NCBI GenBank assembly: GCA_050175015.1
Contig: JBFXJJ010000006.1
Span: 32,001 to 96,000, forward strand
Direction: 5' to 3'
DNA length: 64,000 nucleotides
DNA from: Alphaproteobacteria bacterium
Lineage (GTDB): Bacteria > Pseudomonadota > Alphaproteobacteria > JBFXJJ01
In this document: piece after piece, positions 32,629-41,226 of the stretch
Numbering within the stretch: the stretch's first letter is position 1
Layout of the letters: each line of letters starts with the position of its first letter
The notes under the pieces: model-generated
The model's input: the letters and a program-made list of their open reading frames with translations, nothing else
What the model was told of the DNA's origin: nothing
The model's database searches: none
Program-made: the position numbers and the translations under genes

Positions 32629-32661
32629 ATACTTGACTTAAATCATTTTTGACTCAAGTAT
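32629..32661. promoter_or_regulatory. Palindromic operator candidate in the divergent hydE/TM1266 promoter
   Basis: ATACTTGA-N17-TCAAGTAT overlapping TTGACT and TATAAT. Confidence 0.5.
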
Positions 32662-32836
32662 AATAACGTAACCTGAGAGAAGGAATTAGTCTCTGACTTA
32701 TAGGGTAAAATTTTAAAAAATTTTATGCTCTTTTTTAGTTTTATCCCTAAATGTTTTTTTATAAATTAATCCTTTCTCTTTGCTAGTTCAAGAGAACGCT
32801 CAATTATTTTTTATATTTTATAACTGCGAGTAAATT

Positions 32837-33079
32837 ATGGATAAAAGAATTTGTGTTATATCAATGATTGTAAGCAATCGCATTGAAACTGCACCCAAAG
32901 TTAATGAACTTCTCTCTAAATATGGAGAAAAAATTGTCGGACGTTTTGGGATTCCGTTCAAAGATAAAGGGTATAATGTTGTTTCGGTTGTTCTTGAAGC
33001 CGAAACCGATGACATCGGTTCTTTAACGGGAAAGCTCGGGCAAATATCTGGCGTTACCGTTAAGTCTCTCACCGTTTAG
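32837..33079 (+). CDS. TM1266-family iron-only hydrogenase system small protein
   Basis: KRICVISMIV..VNELLS.Y...IVGRFGIP..IGSLTGKLGQISGVTVKS; 80 aa; hyd context. Confidence 0.88.
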   Translation: MDKRICVISMIVSNRIETAPKVNELLSKYGEKIVGRFGIPFKDKGYNVVSVVLEAETDDIGSLTGKLGQISGVTVKSLTV

Positions 33080-33098
33080 AGCATAAGGTTTTTACTTA

Positions 33099-34487
33099 AT
33101 GAGAAAAGAACAAGATGCCCTAGGAACAAGAGAACTTGAAGATGATGTTCTTTTTGGAATTCACACTTTAAGAGCTAGTGAAAATTTTGCTGTTTCCAGC
33201 TATGTTATGCCTAAAGTTTTTATCGACGCTTTTACTATGGTTAAAGAAGCTGCGGCAACGACCTCGTTATCGCTAAAAATGCTGGAAGAAAACAAGGCTT
33301 ATGCAATCATAAATGCTTGTCATAAGATTAGGAATGGCGAAGCTTTAAATTACTTGGTAACAGATGCCTTGCAAGGAGGTGCTGGAACTTCAACCAATAT
33401 GAACTTCAACGAAGTTATCGCCAATCTTGCGATAATAGAACTTGGCGGAACCGCTGGCGATTATTCTGTTATCAGCCCGCTTGATGACGTTAACCGCTTT
33501 CAGTCAACCAATGATGTCTATCCAACGGCGTTAAAAGTTGCCTCTCTTCTTTTATTGAAACAACTAGAAAACTCCTCAGCTATTTTACAAGAAGAGCTAC
33601 AAAAAAAAGAACAAGAATTTAAAAATGTTATAAAGGTTGGACGCACAGAATTTCAAGATGCGGTTCCAATGACCTTAGGTATGGAGTTTGGAGCTTTTGC
33701 CGACGCTCTATCACGGGATCGCTGGCGGATTTTTAAATGCCGTGAACGAATCAAACAGGTAAACTTAGGAGGAACAGCGATAGGAACAGGACTTGCAGCG
33801 CCTAGAGAATATATTTTCAAAGTAGTAGAAAACTTGCGCAGTATTTCTGGTCTGGCACTATCCCGTTCAGAAAATCTAATTGATGCAACGGCAAATTCGG
33901 ATAGTTTTGTAGAAGTTTCAGGAATGCTAAAAGCTTTTGCCGCTAATCTTTTTAAAATAGCAAGTGATTTAAGAGTTTTATCCAGCAGCCAGTATGCAGA
34001 AATAACTCTGCCTGCCGTACAGGCGGGATCATCAATTATGCCGTCAAAAATAAACCCTGTTATCCCTGAAATGGTTTCGCAAATTGCACTAAAAATTATG
34101 GCTAACGATAGCCTAATCGCTCAAGCGGCATCTTTGGGAAATATGCAGATTAATCAGTTTATGCCTCTTATTGCCCAAGCTCTTTTAGAATCTCTTGAAC
34201 TGCTTAACAATGCATCTTTAATTTTTGCAGAAAAATGCATTAAAGGAATTACGGCAAATGGTGAAAAATGCCTAACTAATTTTGAAAAAAGCTTTACTCT
34301 GGCTACCGTTTTGGTTCCCATTTTAGGATACAACAAGGTTTCTGAAATTGTAAAAGCTGCAAAATTAAATCAATGCACCATTAAAGAACAACTGCTTCAG
34401 GAAAAGCTTCTTTCTGCAACTGAAATTGATGAATTAATGTCTGCTCAAAATATGTATAAATTAGGATTTGAAAAAAAATATGAATAA
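33099..34487 (+). CDS. aspA: Aspartate ammonia-lyase (fumarase/aspartase family)
   Basis: QGGAGTSTNMN, QSTNDVYPTA, GRTEFQDAVP, GSSIMPSKINPVIPE. Confidence 0.9.
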   Translation: MRKEQDALGTRELEDDVLFGIHTLRASENFAVSSYVMPKVFIDAFTMVKEAAATTSLSLKMLEENKAYAIINACHKIRNGEALNYLVTDALQGGAGTSTNMNFNEVIANLAIIELGGTAGDYSVISPLDDVNRFQSTNDVYPTALKVASLLLLKQLENSSAILQEELQKKEQEFKNVIKVGRTEFQDAVPMTLGMEFGAFADALSRDRWRIFKCRERIKQVNLGGTAIGTGLAAPREYIFKVVENLRSISGLALSRSENLIDATANSDSFVEVSGMLKAFAANLFKIASDLRVLSSSQYAEITLPAVQAGSSIMPSKINPVIPEMVSQIALKIMANDSLIAQAASLGNMQINQFMPLIAQALLESLELLNNASLIFAEKCIKGITANGEKCLTNFEKSFTLATVLVPILGYNKVSEIVKAAKLNQCTIKEQLLQEKLLSATEIDELMSAQNMYKLGFEKKYE

Positions 34488-35709
34488 GCCAAAAGATAAC
34501 GGTGGAGCAGAAGGCGCCGCCAGAGGAATGAGAACGATTATAACCCTTGTTGGACGCAGAAACGCAGGAAAATCATCTTTGATAAATGCTTTGTGTAATC
34601 AAGAGGTCGCCATTGTTTCTGATATAGCAGGAACAACCACAGACCCCGTAGCCAAAGCTTATGAGTTGCTTCCCCTTGGTCCTGTAACTTTTTATGACAC
34701 AGCAGGAATTGACGACGAAGGAGAAATCGGAAAATTAAGAGTATCTGCAACCAAAAAAGTGTTATGTAGAACCGATATTGCCTTAATGGTAATTAATGAA
34801 CGCGGCATTAAAAAGGAAGAAGAAGATTTAGTAAACGAATTAAAAAAACTTGATATTCCATTCATAATTGTTTTCAACAAATGTGATTTAACATCACCAT
34901 CACAATCTGACATTAAATTCTGCCAAAGCAATGCCATAAACTTTGCTGAAGTATCGGCTAAAAATTATGCTAATATTGACGACCTAAAAGCCAAAATTAT
35001 TGCAACCCTTCCTAAGGATATGATGGCAGAACCCAGCCTTGCCGCCGATCTTATTAAAGAAGGCGATTTTGTTTTATGTATCACTCCGATTGATTTGGCT
35101 GCGCCTAAAGGCAGGCTTATTCTGCCGCAAGTCCAACTGATTAGGGAAATATTAGATTCTGATGCCATTGCCGTTGTTTCTAAAGAAAGAGAAATTGAAG
35201 CGGCGTTATCCAATTTCGGACGAAAACCAAATCTTGTGGTAACAGATTCTCAAGTCGTTTTAAAAGTTGCAGGCGATGTCCCTGATGATATACCACTTAC
35301 AACTTTTTCTATTCTATTTGCTAGATTTAAAGGCGATTTAAAGCTTTTAGTCGATGGAGCGAGAGCGATTGATAAGCTGCAAAATGGGGATAAAGTATTA
35401 ATTGGTGAAGCTTGTTCACATCATAATCAAGCTGATGATATTGGGCGGGTAAAAATCCCAAGATGGCTGACGCAATATACAGGGAAAGATCTTCATTTTG
35501 ACATTTTCTCGGGACACGACTTCCCTGAAAACCTAGAGGATTACAAGTTGGTTATTCATTGCGGAGCCTGTATGATAAATCGCAAAGAAATGGTAAGAAG
35601 GATTGTGGAATGCAACCGCAGAGGAGTTCCAATAACTAATTATGGCGTTTGCATTTCAAAGGTTCAAGGTGTTTTAGAACGTGTGATTAAACCTTTTATT
35701 GGAATTTAA
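34480..35709 (+). CDS. hydF: [FeFe]-hydrogenase maturation GTPase HydF
   Basis: GRRNAGKSS, DTAG, NKCD, APKGRLILPQ, EACSHH, HCGAC, TNYG. Confidence 0.97.
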   Translation: MNKPKDNGGAEGAARGMRTIITLVGRRNAGKSSLINALCNQEVAIVSDIAGTTTDPVAKAYELLPLGPVTFYDTAGIDDEGEIGKLRVSATKKVLCRTDIALMVINERGIKKEEEDLVNELKKLDIPFIIVFNKCDLTSPSQSDIKFCQSNAINFAEVSAKNYANIDDLKAKIIATLPKDMMAEPSLAADLIKEGDFVLCITPIDLAAPKGRLILPQVQLIREILDSDAIAVVSKEREIEAALSNFGRKPNLVVTDSQVVLKVAGDVPDDIPLTTFSILFARFKGDLKLLVDGARAIDKLQNGDKVLIGEACSHHNQADDIGRVKIPRWLTQYTGKDLHFDIFSGHDFPENLEDYKLVIHCGACMINRKEMVRRIVECNRRGVPITNYGVCISKVQGVLERVIKPFIGI

Positions 35710-35765
35710 GCTAAATAACTATTGCTAGTTCAATAAAATTAATCTATTAATTAGATTACCAATGC

Positions 35766-35841
35766 GTCCCCTTCGTCTAGGGGCCTAGGACGCTGGCCTC
35801 TCACGCCGGTAACAGGGGTTCGAATCCCCTAGGGGACGCCA
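35766..35841 (+). tRNA. tRNA-Glu (CTC)
   Basis: GTCCCCT/GGGGAC acceptor, anticodon arm CTGGC-CTCTCAC-GCCGG, GGTTCGAATCC, CCA. Confidence 0.96.
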
Positions 35842-35893
35842 TATAATATATTTTATATGAAAAACATAATTGGTATAAAAACCGCCCACCTGT

Positions 35894-35927
35894 AGCCAAA
35901 TCAAAATGTTTTGATTGTGGCTTTTTT
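35894..35927 (+). terminator. Intrinsic terminator after tRNA-Glu
   Basis: AGCCAAATCAAAA-TG-TTTTGATTGTGGCT plus T-run. Confidence 0.65.
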
Positions 35928-35959
35928 AATGTCAAATAAGTCCATAATTAAAATTGTTA

Positions 35960-36289
35960 TTATTTTTTATTTAAAGCTTGAGGATAAAAAGGAACTGAAA
36001 ATTTGATTTTATTTATAGTTTCTTTTTCTGTTTTATTTTTTCCATTAACATGTGCTGATAATACTGAAATAGCACACCCTAATTTTCCACCTTGCTCTTT
36101 ACTTTCTGAAGCACTAACTGATAGTTCAAAATCAATATACTGATTTATATTATTATATGCATCTCTCCCCTCAACTCTACCAGGAGCGATTGGGTAATTA
36201 TTACATTCTTCATGCATTTTTTCTTGTGCGCTTCTTATTCCTATACATATTGACAATATGCTTTCTTCTATAAAACAACTTAGCTCCAT
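35960..36289 (-). CDS. Small Trypco2-like protein
   Basis: MEL..FI.E....I..GI..AQ, IDFELSV......GGK.G..I.VL, KIKFSVP; RBS GAGG. Confidence 0.6.
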   Translation of the reverse strand: MELSCFIEESILSICIGIRSAQEKMHEECNNYPIAPGRVEGRDAYNNINQYIDFELSVSASESKEQGGKLGCAISVLSAHVNGKNKTEKETINKIKFSVPFYPQALNKK

Positions 36290-36607
36290 AGCAACCTCAT
36301 ATTTTACTAATATTTTATTTTAAATTGTAACTTATCCTAAATAAAATTTAAACAAAAAAAGCATAAAAACAGAATCTATGAATTTTATCCTAAGGCGTTT
36401 TCTAATTTTATTACAAAGAAAATGCTATTTAACTATTTAAAAACCGCGCTGTCTTAGGGGATTTTGCATTTATTTCTGGTTATTTTGTTTCACAAATTAG
36501 ATTGTTTTTGTGATTAGTTGCACGCTTTTATTTCGCCTTTTGGGCGCACCTTAATAGGTTAAGTTTTTACTTTTGTAAAAGTAAAATCAAAACTTTTTTA
36601 TTAGCAA

Positions 36608-37360
36608 TTACGGCTTAATTTGATTTGATTTTATAAATTTTTTCGGCGATATGCCTATAAATCTTTTAAAAAATTTTGAAAAATGAGCTTGGTCAAAAAA
36701 ACCGAATTTTACAGCGGCATCTAAAATACCAGAACCATTTTGAAGCATTTTTTTAGCTTCCATAATTCTAACGTAATTTTGATAATAATGTGGAGGAATA
36801 CCTATTTTTTGAGAAAATTCTCGGTTTAAGCAGAACTTACTTTTTCTAGCTGTTTTAGAAAGCATATCTAAACTCAAACTTTGGCTGCAATTATCAATAA
36901 TATAAGATTTTATCTCATCTATCTTATCTAATTTTATAATATCTTTAGAGCCATCTTGATTGATAAAAATATTTTCTACCCTTTCTATTATTTTATAATA
37001 ACTGTCTTTAACTCTATCTGGAGAAGCGAACATTTCTTTTAACAAGTTATAAATAGTCAAATCTTGTTTAACATCTAAAACAAAGGATTTTTCTTTTGAA
37101 GAAAACAAGGGAACAACTTTATAATAACACTGGTTAAACATACACTTATGCGGAAAGTTCTTGTTTATTATAAAAACATCTCCAGCCAAGACTTTAATGT
37201 TTTTTGTCTTGGAGGCTATTGTCATTTCGCCATTTTCCACCATACCAATCACGGTATGATTATGAATATGACTTGGAAATTGATGCGATATATTTTCCCC
37301 GCAGACGCCCTCAAAAACAAACTCGCCGAGGTTAAAAGAACAGAACTTTAGAATACTCAT
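36608..37360 (-). CDS. AraC-family transcriptional regulator
   Basis: FPSHIH cupin N-terminus; C-terminal GFFDQAHFSKFFKRFIGISPKKF. Confidence 0.93.
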   Translation of the reverse strand: MSILKFCSFNLGEFVFEGVCGENISHQFPSHIHNHTVIGMVENGEMTIASKTKNIKVLAGDVFIINKNFPHKCMFNQCYYKVVPLFSSKEKSFVLDVKQDLTIYNLLKEMFASPDRVKDSYYKIIERVENIFINQDGSKDIIKLDKIDEIKSYIIDNCSQSLSLDMLSKTARKSKFCLNREFSQKIGIPPHYYQNYVRIMEAKKMLQNGSGILDAAVKFGFFDQAHFSKFFKRFIGISPKKFIKSNQIKP

Positions 37361-37378
37361 TATATATAACCAAATACT

Positions 37379-37762
37379 CTAACGAAGTGCTGGAGCAAAA
37401 TTTGCTAATATATATAAATCAGTTTTCGCATTTATCGAATGAGGAAGACCTTTAGGAACAATCGCAACAACGCCTGGCTTATATGCAATTTCTTTGTCTC
37501 CAAAGATGCACACGCCCTCCCCCTTTACAACCTGATGAATTTCGACTTCTTTTTCGTGAATATGATTACCTATACTATAGCCTGATACAATCCTTACAAT
37601 ATGACAGCTAAGCGTATATTCGGTATCTTTTCCTGCAACATAATCTTTGAGAAAAACATTTTTAAACTTAGGGTGTTCCTTCCAATCAAGCTCATCTGTC
37701 AAAACTTTGCCTTCAACCTTATGAACCTCGCCATTGATAAAAGCTTCAATAATATCCATCAC
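37379..37762 (-). CDS. Cupin-domain protein
   Basis: HIHEKEVEIH..KGEG..PKGLPH. Confidence 0.85.
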   Translation of the reverse strand: MMDIIEAFINGEVHKVEGKVLTDELDWKEHPKFKNVFLKDYVAGKDTEYTLSCHIVRIVSGYSIGNHIHEKEVEIHQVVKGEGVCIFGDKEIAYKPGVVAIVPKGLPHSINAKTDLYILANFAPALR

Positions 37763-37862
37763 TTATTCTCCTAAATCACATTAGTTTTTGATATATGCTT
37801 GGTATCGTAAAACATTTAAAGAGGTTTTTCTTGTATGTTTTTGCTCTTTTTTTAGTTTTTTT

Positions 37863-37891
37863 TTGCTTATTTTGCTTTTGCAGGATATAAT
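37863..37891 (+). promoter_or_regulatory. Sigma70 promoter
   Basis: TTGCTT-N17-TATAAT upstream of the leader peptide. Confidence 0.6.
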
Positions 37892-37925
37892 ATTTTTTGT
37901 TTTTAATAAAGGACTATAAGATTTT

Positions 37926-38036
37926 ATGAAAAGAGCTGGCGATAACATTCTTATTATTAAGAATGCTGCTTTCAAAGCGGCAGCCTTTTCTTGTGCCTTA
38001 TTTATCAACGTTACAACTTCTACTACAACCGCCTAA
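37926..38036 (+). CDS. Thr-rich attenuator leader peptide (36 aa)
   Basis: MKRAGDNILIIKNAAFKAAAFSCALFINVTTSTTTA*; 5 Thr in the last 7 codons, upstream of a thrS homolog. Confidence 0.7.
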   Translation: MKRAGDNILIIKNAAFKAAAFSCALFINVTTSTTTA

Positions 38037-38113
38037 AGGCGGTCATTTTATTTCTGTTTTCACAAACATTGTTATGGCTTATTGGTGCGGTTTTAACGCC
38101 GTAAGCTTTTATT
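38028..38113 (+). promoter_or_regulatory. Attenuator hairpins
   Basis: ACCGCC-TAAA-GGCGGT over the leader stop; GCTTA.TGGTG...CGCCG-TAAGC-TTTTATT terminator. Confidence 0.6.
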
Positions 38114-38142
38114 AATTTATCAATAAAAAAGTAGAGGTTATT

Positions 38143-38433
38143 ATGAATAACGAAAAACAACAATTATTAAATATGCGTCATAGTGCCGAGCATATTATGG
38201 CTCAAGCTATCCTTAAACTTTACCCTGAAGCAAAAATGGCGATGGGACCTGCTACGGAAGACGGCTTTTATGGCGATTTTGAATTTCCTGAAAATATTTC
38301 AATATCACCTGACGATTTTGCTCTTATTGAAAAAGAGATGCAGCGTTTAATTAATCAAAATCTTATTTTTGAACAAAAAACGGTCACGAAAGATGAGTAT
38401 CAAAGTTTTGGCTGCCTTTTTTTAAACCGTTGA
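38143..38433 (+). pseudogene. thrS: Truncated second ThrRS (N-terminal editing-domain fragment)
   Basis: MRHSAEHIMAQAILKLYP.AK...GPATEDGFYGDF..IEKEM; homology ends after about 85 aa. Confidence 0.82.
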
Positions 38434-38495
38434 CTTTATCTTATTTTTTCGTTTTTATATTTATTCTAAAAATATTTTTTACATAGGGATAATTT

Positions 38496-39128
38496 ATGGC
38501 AGAAGTAAAAAAATTAATTGAAGGTTATAAGAGTTTTTATCAAAAAAATTTCGTTGAAAATAATGGTGATGCCTTTAAAAAACTGCAAACATCTCAAAAG
38601 CCCAAAACCTTAATTATAAGCTGTAGTGATTCCAGAGTTGACCCTGCTATTTTAACTAATGCTGACGTCGGTGATATTTTTGTTATCAGAAATGTAGCCA
38701 ACTTAGTTCCACCTTATCAACCTATGGGCGACAGCAGCCACGGAACAAGTGCCGCCATTGAATTTGCGGTAGATTATTTAAAAGTAAAGCACATTGTAAT
38801 TATGGGACATTCCAACTGTGGCGGCGTCAAAGCACTTATTGATAATGACATTGAAGCTGATAACAATTTTAGCTTTATTACAAACTGGATAAGCCTTGCA
38901 AAAAATGTAAAGAACGAGATACCAAAGGATTTAGACCACGATGAAAAATGCTGTTTTTGTGAAAAAGAAGTTATAAAAATTTCGCTTAAAAACCTTATGA
39001 CTTTTCCCTTTGTGCAAAAACGTGTTGCAACGCAGGAGTTAAAACTTCACGGCTGGTATTTTTCTATTAAAGACGGTTCTCTTGCTGTATTTGATGAAGC
39101 AACTGAAGCTTTTACTAAAATTAATTAA
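38496..39128 (+). CDS. Beta-class carbonic anhydrase
   Basis: SCSDSRV, RNVANLVPP, GHSNCGG. Confidence 0.95.
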   Translation: MAEVKKLIEGYKSFYQKNFVENNGDAFKKLQTSQKPKTLIISCSDSRVDPAILTNADVGDIFVIRNVANLVPPYQPMGDSSHGTSAAIEFAVDYLKVKHIVIMGHSNCGGVKALIDNDIEADNNFSFITNWISLAKNVKNEIPKDLDHDEKCCFCEKEVIKISLKNLMTFPFVQKRVATQELKLHGWYFSIKDGSLAVFDEATEAFTKIN

Positions 39129-39397
39129 ATAATATCTTTAAAGTGGCATTTTACCATATTGAAACTGCACGATGTTGCACATCTAAATTTTTTAACCGAT
39201 ATTACTTCTTGGTTTGCGCTGCTACAATCATTGATACAAGCAATTAAATCATTAGTACAAGAAACCTTCTTCTCATCATTCGGCGCAAAGGTAATAAAAA
39301 TCAAGGTTGCAATCGAGAGAATTAGCAAAAGCACGGAAACAACAAAGATGCTGCCTAAACCCAAATTTAAAATGTGATATTTAACTTTACTACTCAA
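39125..39397 (-). CDS. Small membrane-anchored protein with six Cys
   Basis: One TM segment then C-x6-C-x3-C...C-x3-C-x6-C; overlaps the glmS stop. Confidence 0.55.
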   Translation of the reverse strand: MSSKVKYHILNLGLGSIFVVSVLLLILSIATLIFITFAPNDEKKVSCTNDLIACINDCSSANQEVISVKKFRCATSCSFNMVKCHFKDII

Positions 39398-41213
39398 CGG
39401 TTACACTCTTTGCTAAATTACGAGGTTGATCGACATCAGTTCCTTTAATTACGGCTGTATGATATGCCAAAAGCTGGACAGGAATTGTATATAACACAGG
39501 AGCAACAAAAGGAAAAACTTCTGGCAGAGTTATTCTGGCAAAAGGTTCACAAGCTAAATTTTTATGCCCCTTTTTATCACTAATAAAAATTATTTTTCCG
39601 CCTCTTGCAACAACTTCTTGAACATTTGAAGCCGTTTTTTCATAAAGCTCATCGCTTGGAGCAAGAACGATAACTGGAACATTTTCATCAATTAAGGCAA
39701 TCGGTCCGTGCTTCATTTCACCCGCAGCGTAGCCCTCGGCGTGAATATAAGAAATCTCTTTAAGTTTTAAGGCGCCCTCGAGTGAAATGGGATAACAGCT
39801 GCCTCGACCTAAATAAAGAACATCTCTAGCTTCGGCCACAGAATATGCTATTTTTTTAATATGTTCATCATTATTAACCACCTCAACAGCCAAAGCAGGA
39901 ACTTCTGACAATGCCATCAAAATTTTGGATTCATCTTCTTTGCTGATTGTTCCTCTTGCCTTGCCAATCGCTATCGCTAAACAAGCTAATATTGTAAGCT
40001 GTGTTGTAAACGCCTTGGTCGATGCCACGCCTATTTCAGGACCAGCTAATGTCATCATAAAAGCATCAGATTCCCGAGAAATAGTACTTTCTGCAACGTT
40101 GACTATTGATAGAGTTTTCTGATTCATTTTCTTGCAATACCTAAGAGCTGCTAAGGTATCTGCTGTTTCGCCTGACTGAGAAATAAAAAGAGCAAGCCCG
40201 CCTTCTTCTAAATAAGGCTCACGATAACGAAATTCTGAGGCAACATCTATTTCCACAGGAATCTTCGCCAACTTTTCTATCCAATATTCTGCAACCATTG
40301 AAGCATAGAATGATGTTCCGCAAGCTACGATTGTCATATGTTTAACTTGTGATAAATCAAAAGGCAAATCTTCAAGATTTATAGATCTCGTTGTCGCATT
40401 ATAAAAGGCGTTTAGAGTATCACCAATCACTTGTGGCTGTTCATAAATTTCTTTGAGCATAAAATGACGATATTCACCTTTGCCGATACTAGCACCAGAT
40501 GTTGCAGAGACAACCACTTCACGTGTTACCTCACGACTTTCAATGTCAAAAATATTAACTGAGTTTCTAGTTAAAATCGCCCAATCACCATCATCAAGAT
40601 AAGATATTTTGTTTGTCATAGGAGCTAAAGCCAAAGCATCAGAACCAATAAACATCTCACCTTCACCATAACCAATAGCTAAAGGAGACCCCTGCCTTGC
40701 TCCAACTAACAAATCGGGATAATCTTTAAACAATATGGCTAAAGCAAATGCCCCTTTAAGTTTTTTCAATGCCTCAGGAACAGCTTTTGAAGGTTCCATA
40801 CCCTGTTTCAGATTATAGGTAATTAAATGAACCACAACCTCAGTATCGGTATTGCTTTCAAAAACACAGCCTTTTGCTTCTAAATCTTCTCTAAGTTCTT
40901 TGAAATTCTCGATAATACCGTTATGGACAACCGCAACTAAATCTGAAGCGTGAGGGTGAGCATTGGTTTCATTAGGAGCGCCGTGGGTTGCCCATCTGGT
41001 ATGACCTATACCTATTCTACCCATTAAAGGATTTTCTTTAATTTTGTTTTCAAGATTAACTATTTTACCTTCTGCTCTGCGCCTATCCATTTTGCCATTA
41101 TCAATGGTTGCAATGCCCGCAGAGTCATAACCACGATATTCTAAACGACTTAAACCACGCAAAAGATACGGAGCAACCTCATTGTTTCCAATAATACCAA
41201 CAATACCACACAT
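39390..41213 (-). CDS. glmS: Glutamine--fructose-6-phosphate transaminase
   Basis: MCGIVG, GHTRWATHG, SQSGETADT, PRNLAKSVTVE. Confidence 0.99.
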   Translation of the reverse strand: MCGIVGIIGNNEVAPYLLRGLSRLEYRGYDSAGIATIDNGKMDRRRAEGKIVNLENKIKENPLMGRIGIGHTRWATHGAPNETNAHPHASDLVAVVHNGIIENFKELREDLEAKGCVFESNTDTEVVVHLITYNLKQGMEPSKAVPEALKKLKGAFALAILFKDYPDLLVGARQGSPLAIGYGEGEMFIGSDALALAPMTNKISYLDDGDWAILTRNSVNIFDIESREVTREVVVSATSGASIGKGEYRHFMLKEIYEQPQVIGDTLNAFYNATTRSINLEDLPFDLSQVKHMTIVACGTSFYASMVAEYWIEKLAKIPVEIDVASEFRYREPYLEEGGLALFISQSGETADTLAALRYCKKMNQKTLSIVNVAESTISRESDAFMMTLAGPEIGVASTKAFTTQLTILACLAIAIGKARGTISKEDESKILMALSEVPALAVEVVNNDEHIKKIAYSVAEARDVLYLGRGSCYPISLEGALKLKEISYIHAEGYAAGEMKHGPIALIDENVPVIVLAPSDELYEKTASNVQEVVARGGKIIFISDKKGHKNLACEPFARITLPEVFPFVAPVLYTIPVQLLAYHTAVIKGTDVDQPRNLAKSVTVE

Positions 41214-41226
41214 AAAATCCTACTCC

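Noticed and set aside
32672-32700. CTGAGA suggesting a TPP riboswitch
   Set aside because: The other conserved TPP elements (ACCTGAT, TAAT.C, GCGNAGG) are absent
34467-34487. A8 run that could fuse AspA and HydF by slippage
   Set aside because: hydF is in the +1 frame with its own ATG overlapping the aspA stop; ordinary translational coupling suffices and A8 runs are common here
37781-38008. 75-aa minus-strand ORF upstream of the cupin
   Set aside because: Low complexity, TTG start, antisense to the better supported promoter and Thr leader
37900-38140. T-box riboswitch before the thrS fragment
   Set aside because: No T-box consensus (GGTGG.ACCGCG); a leader-peptide attenuator fits better
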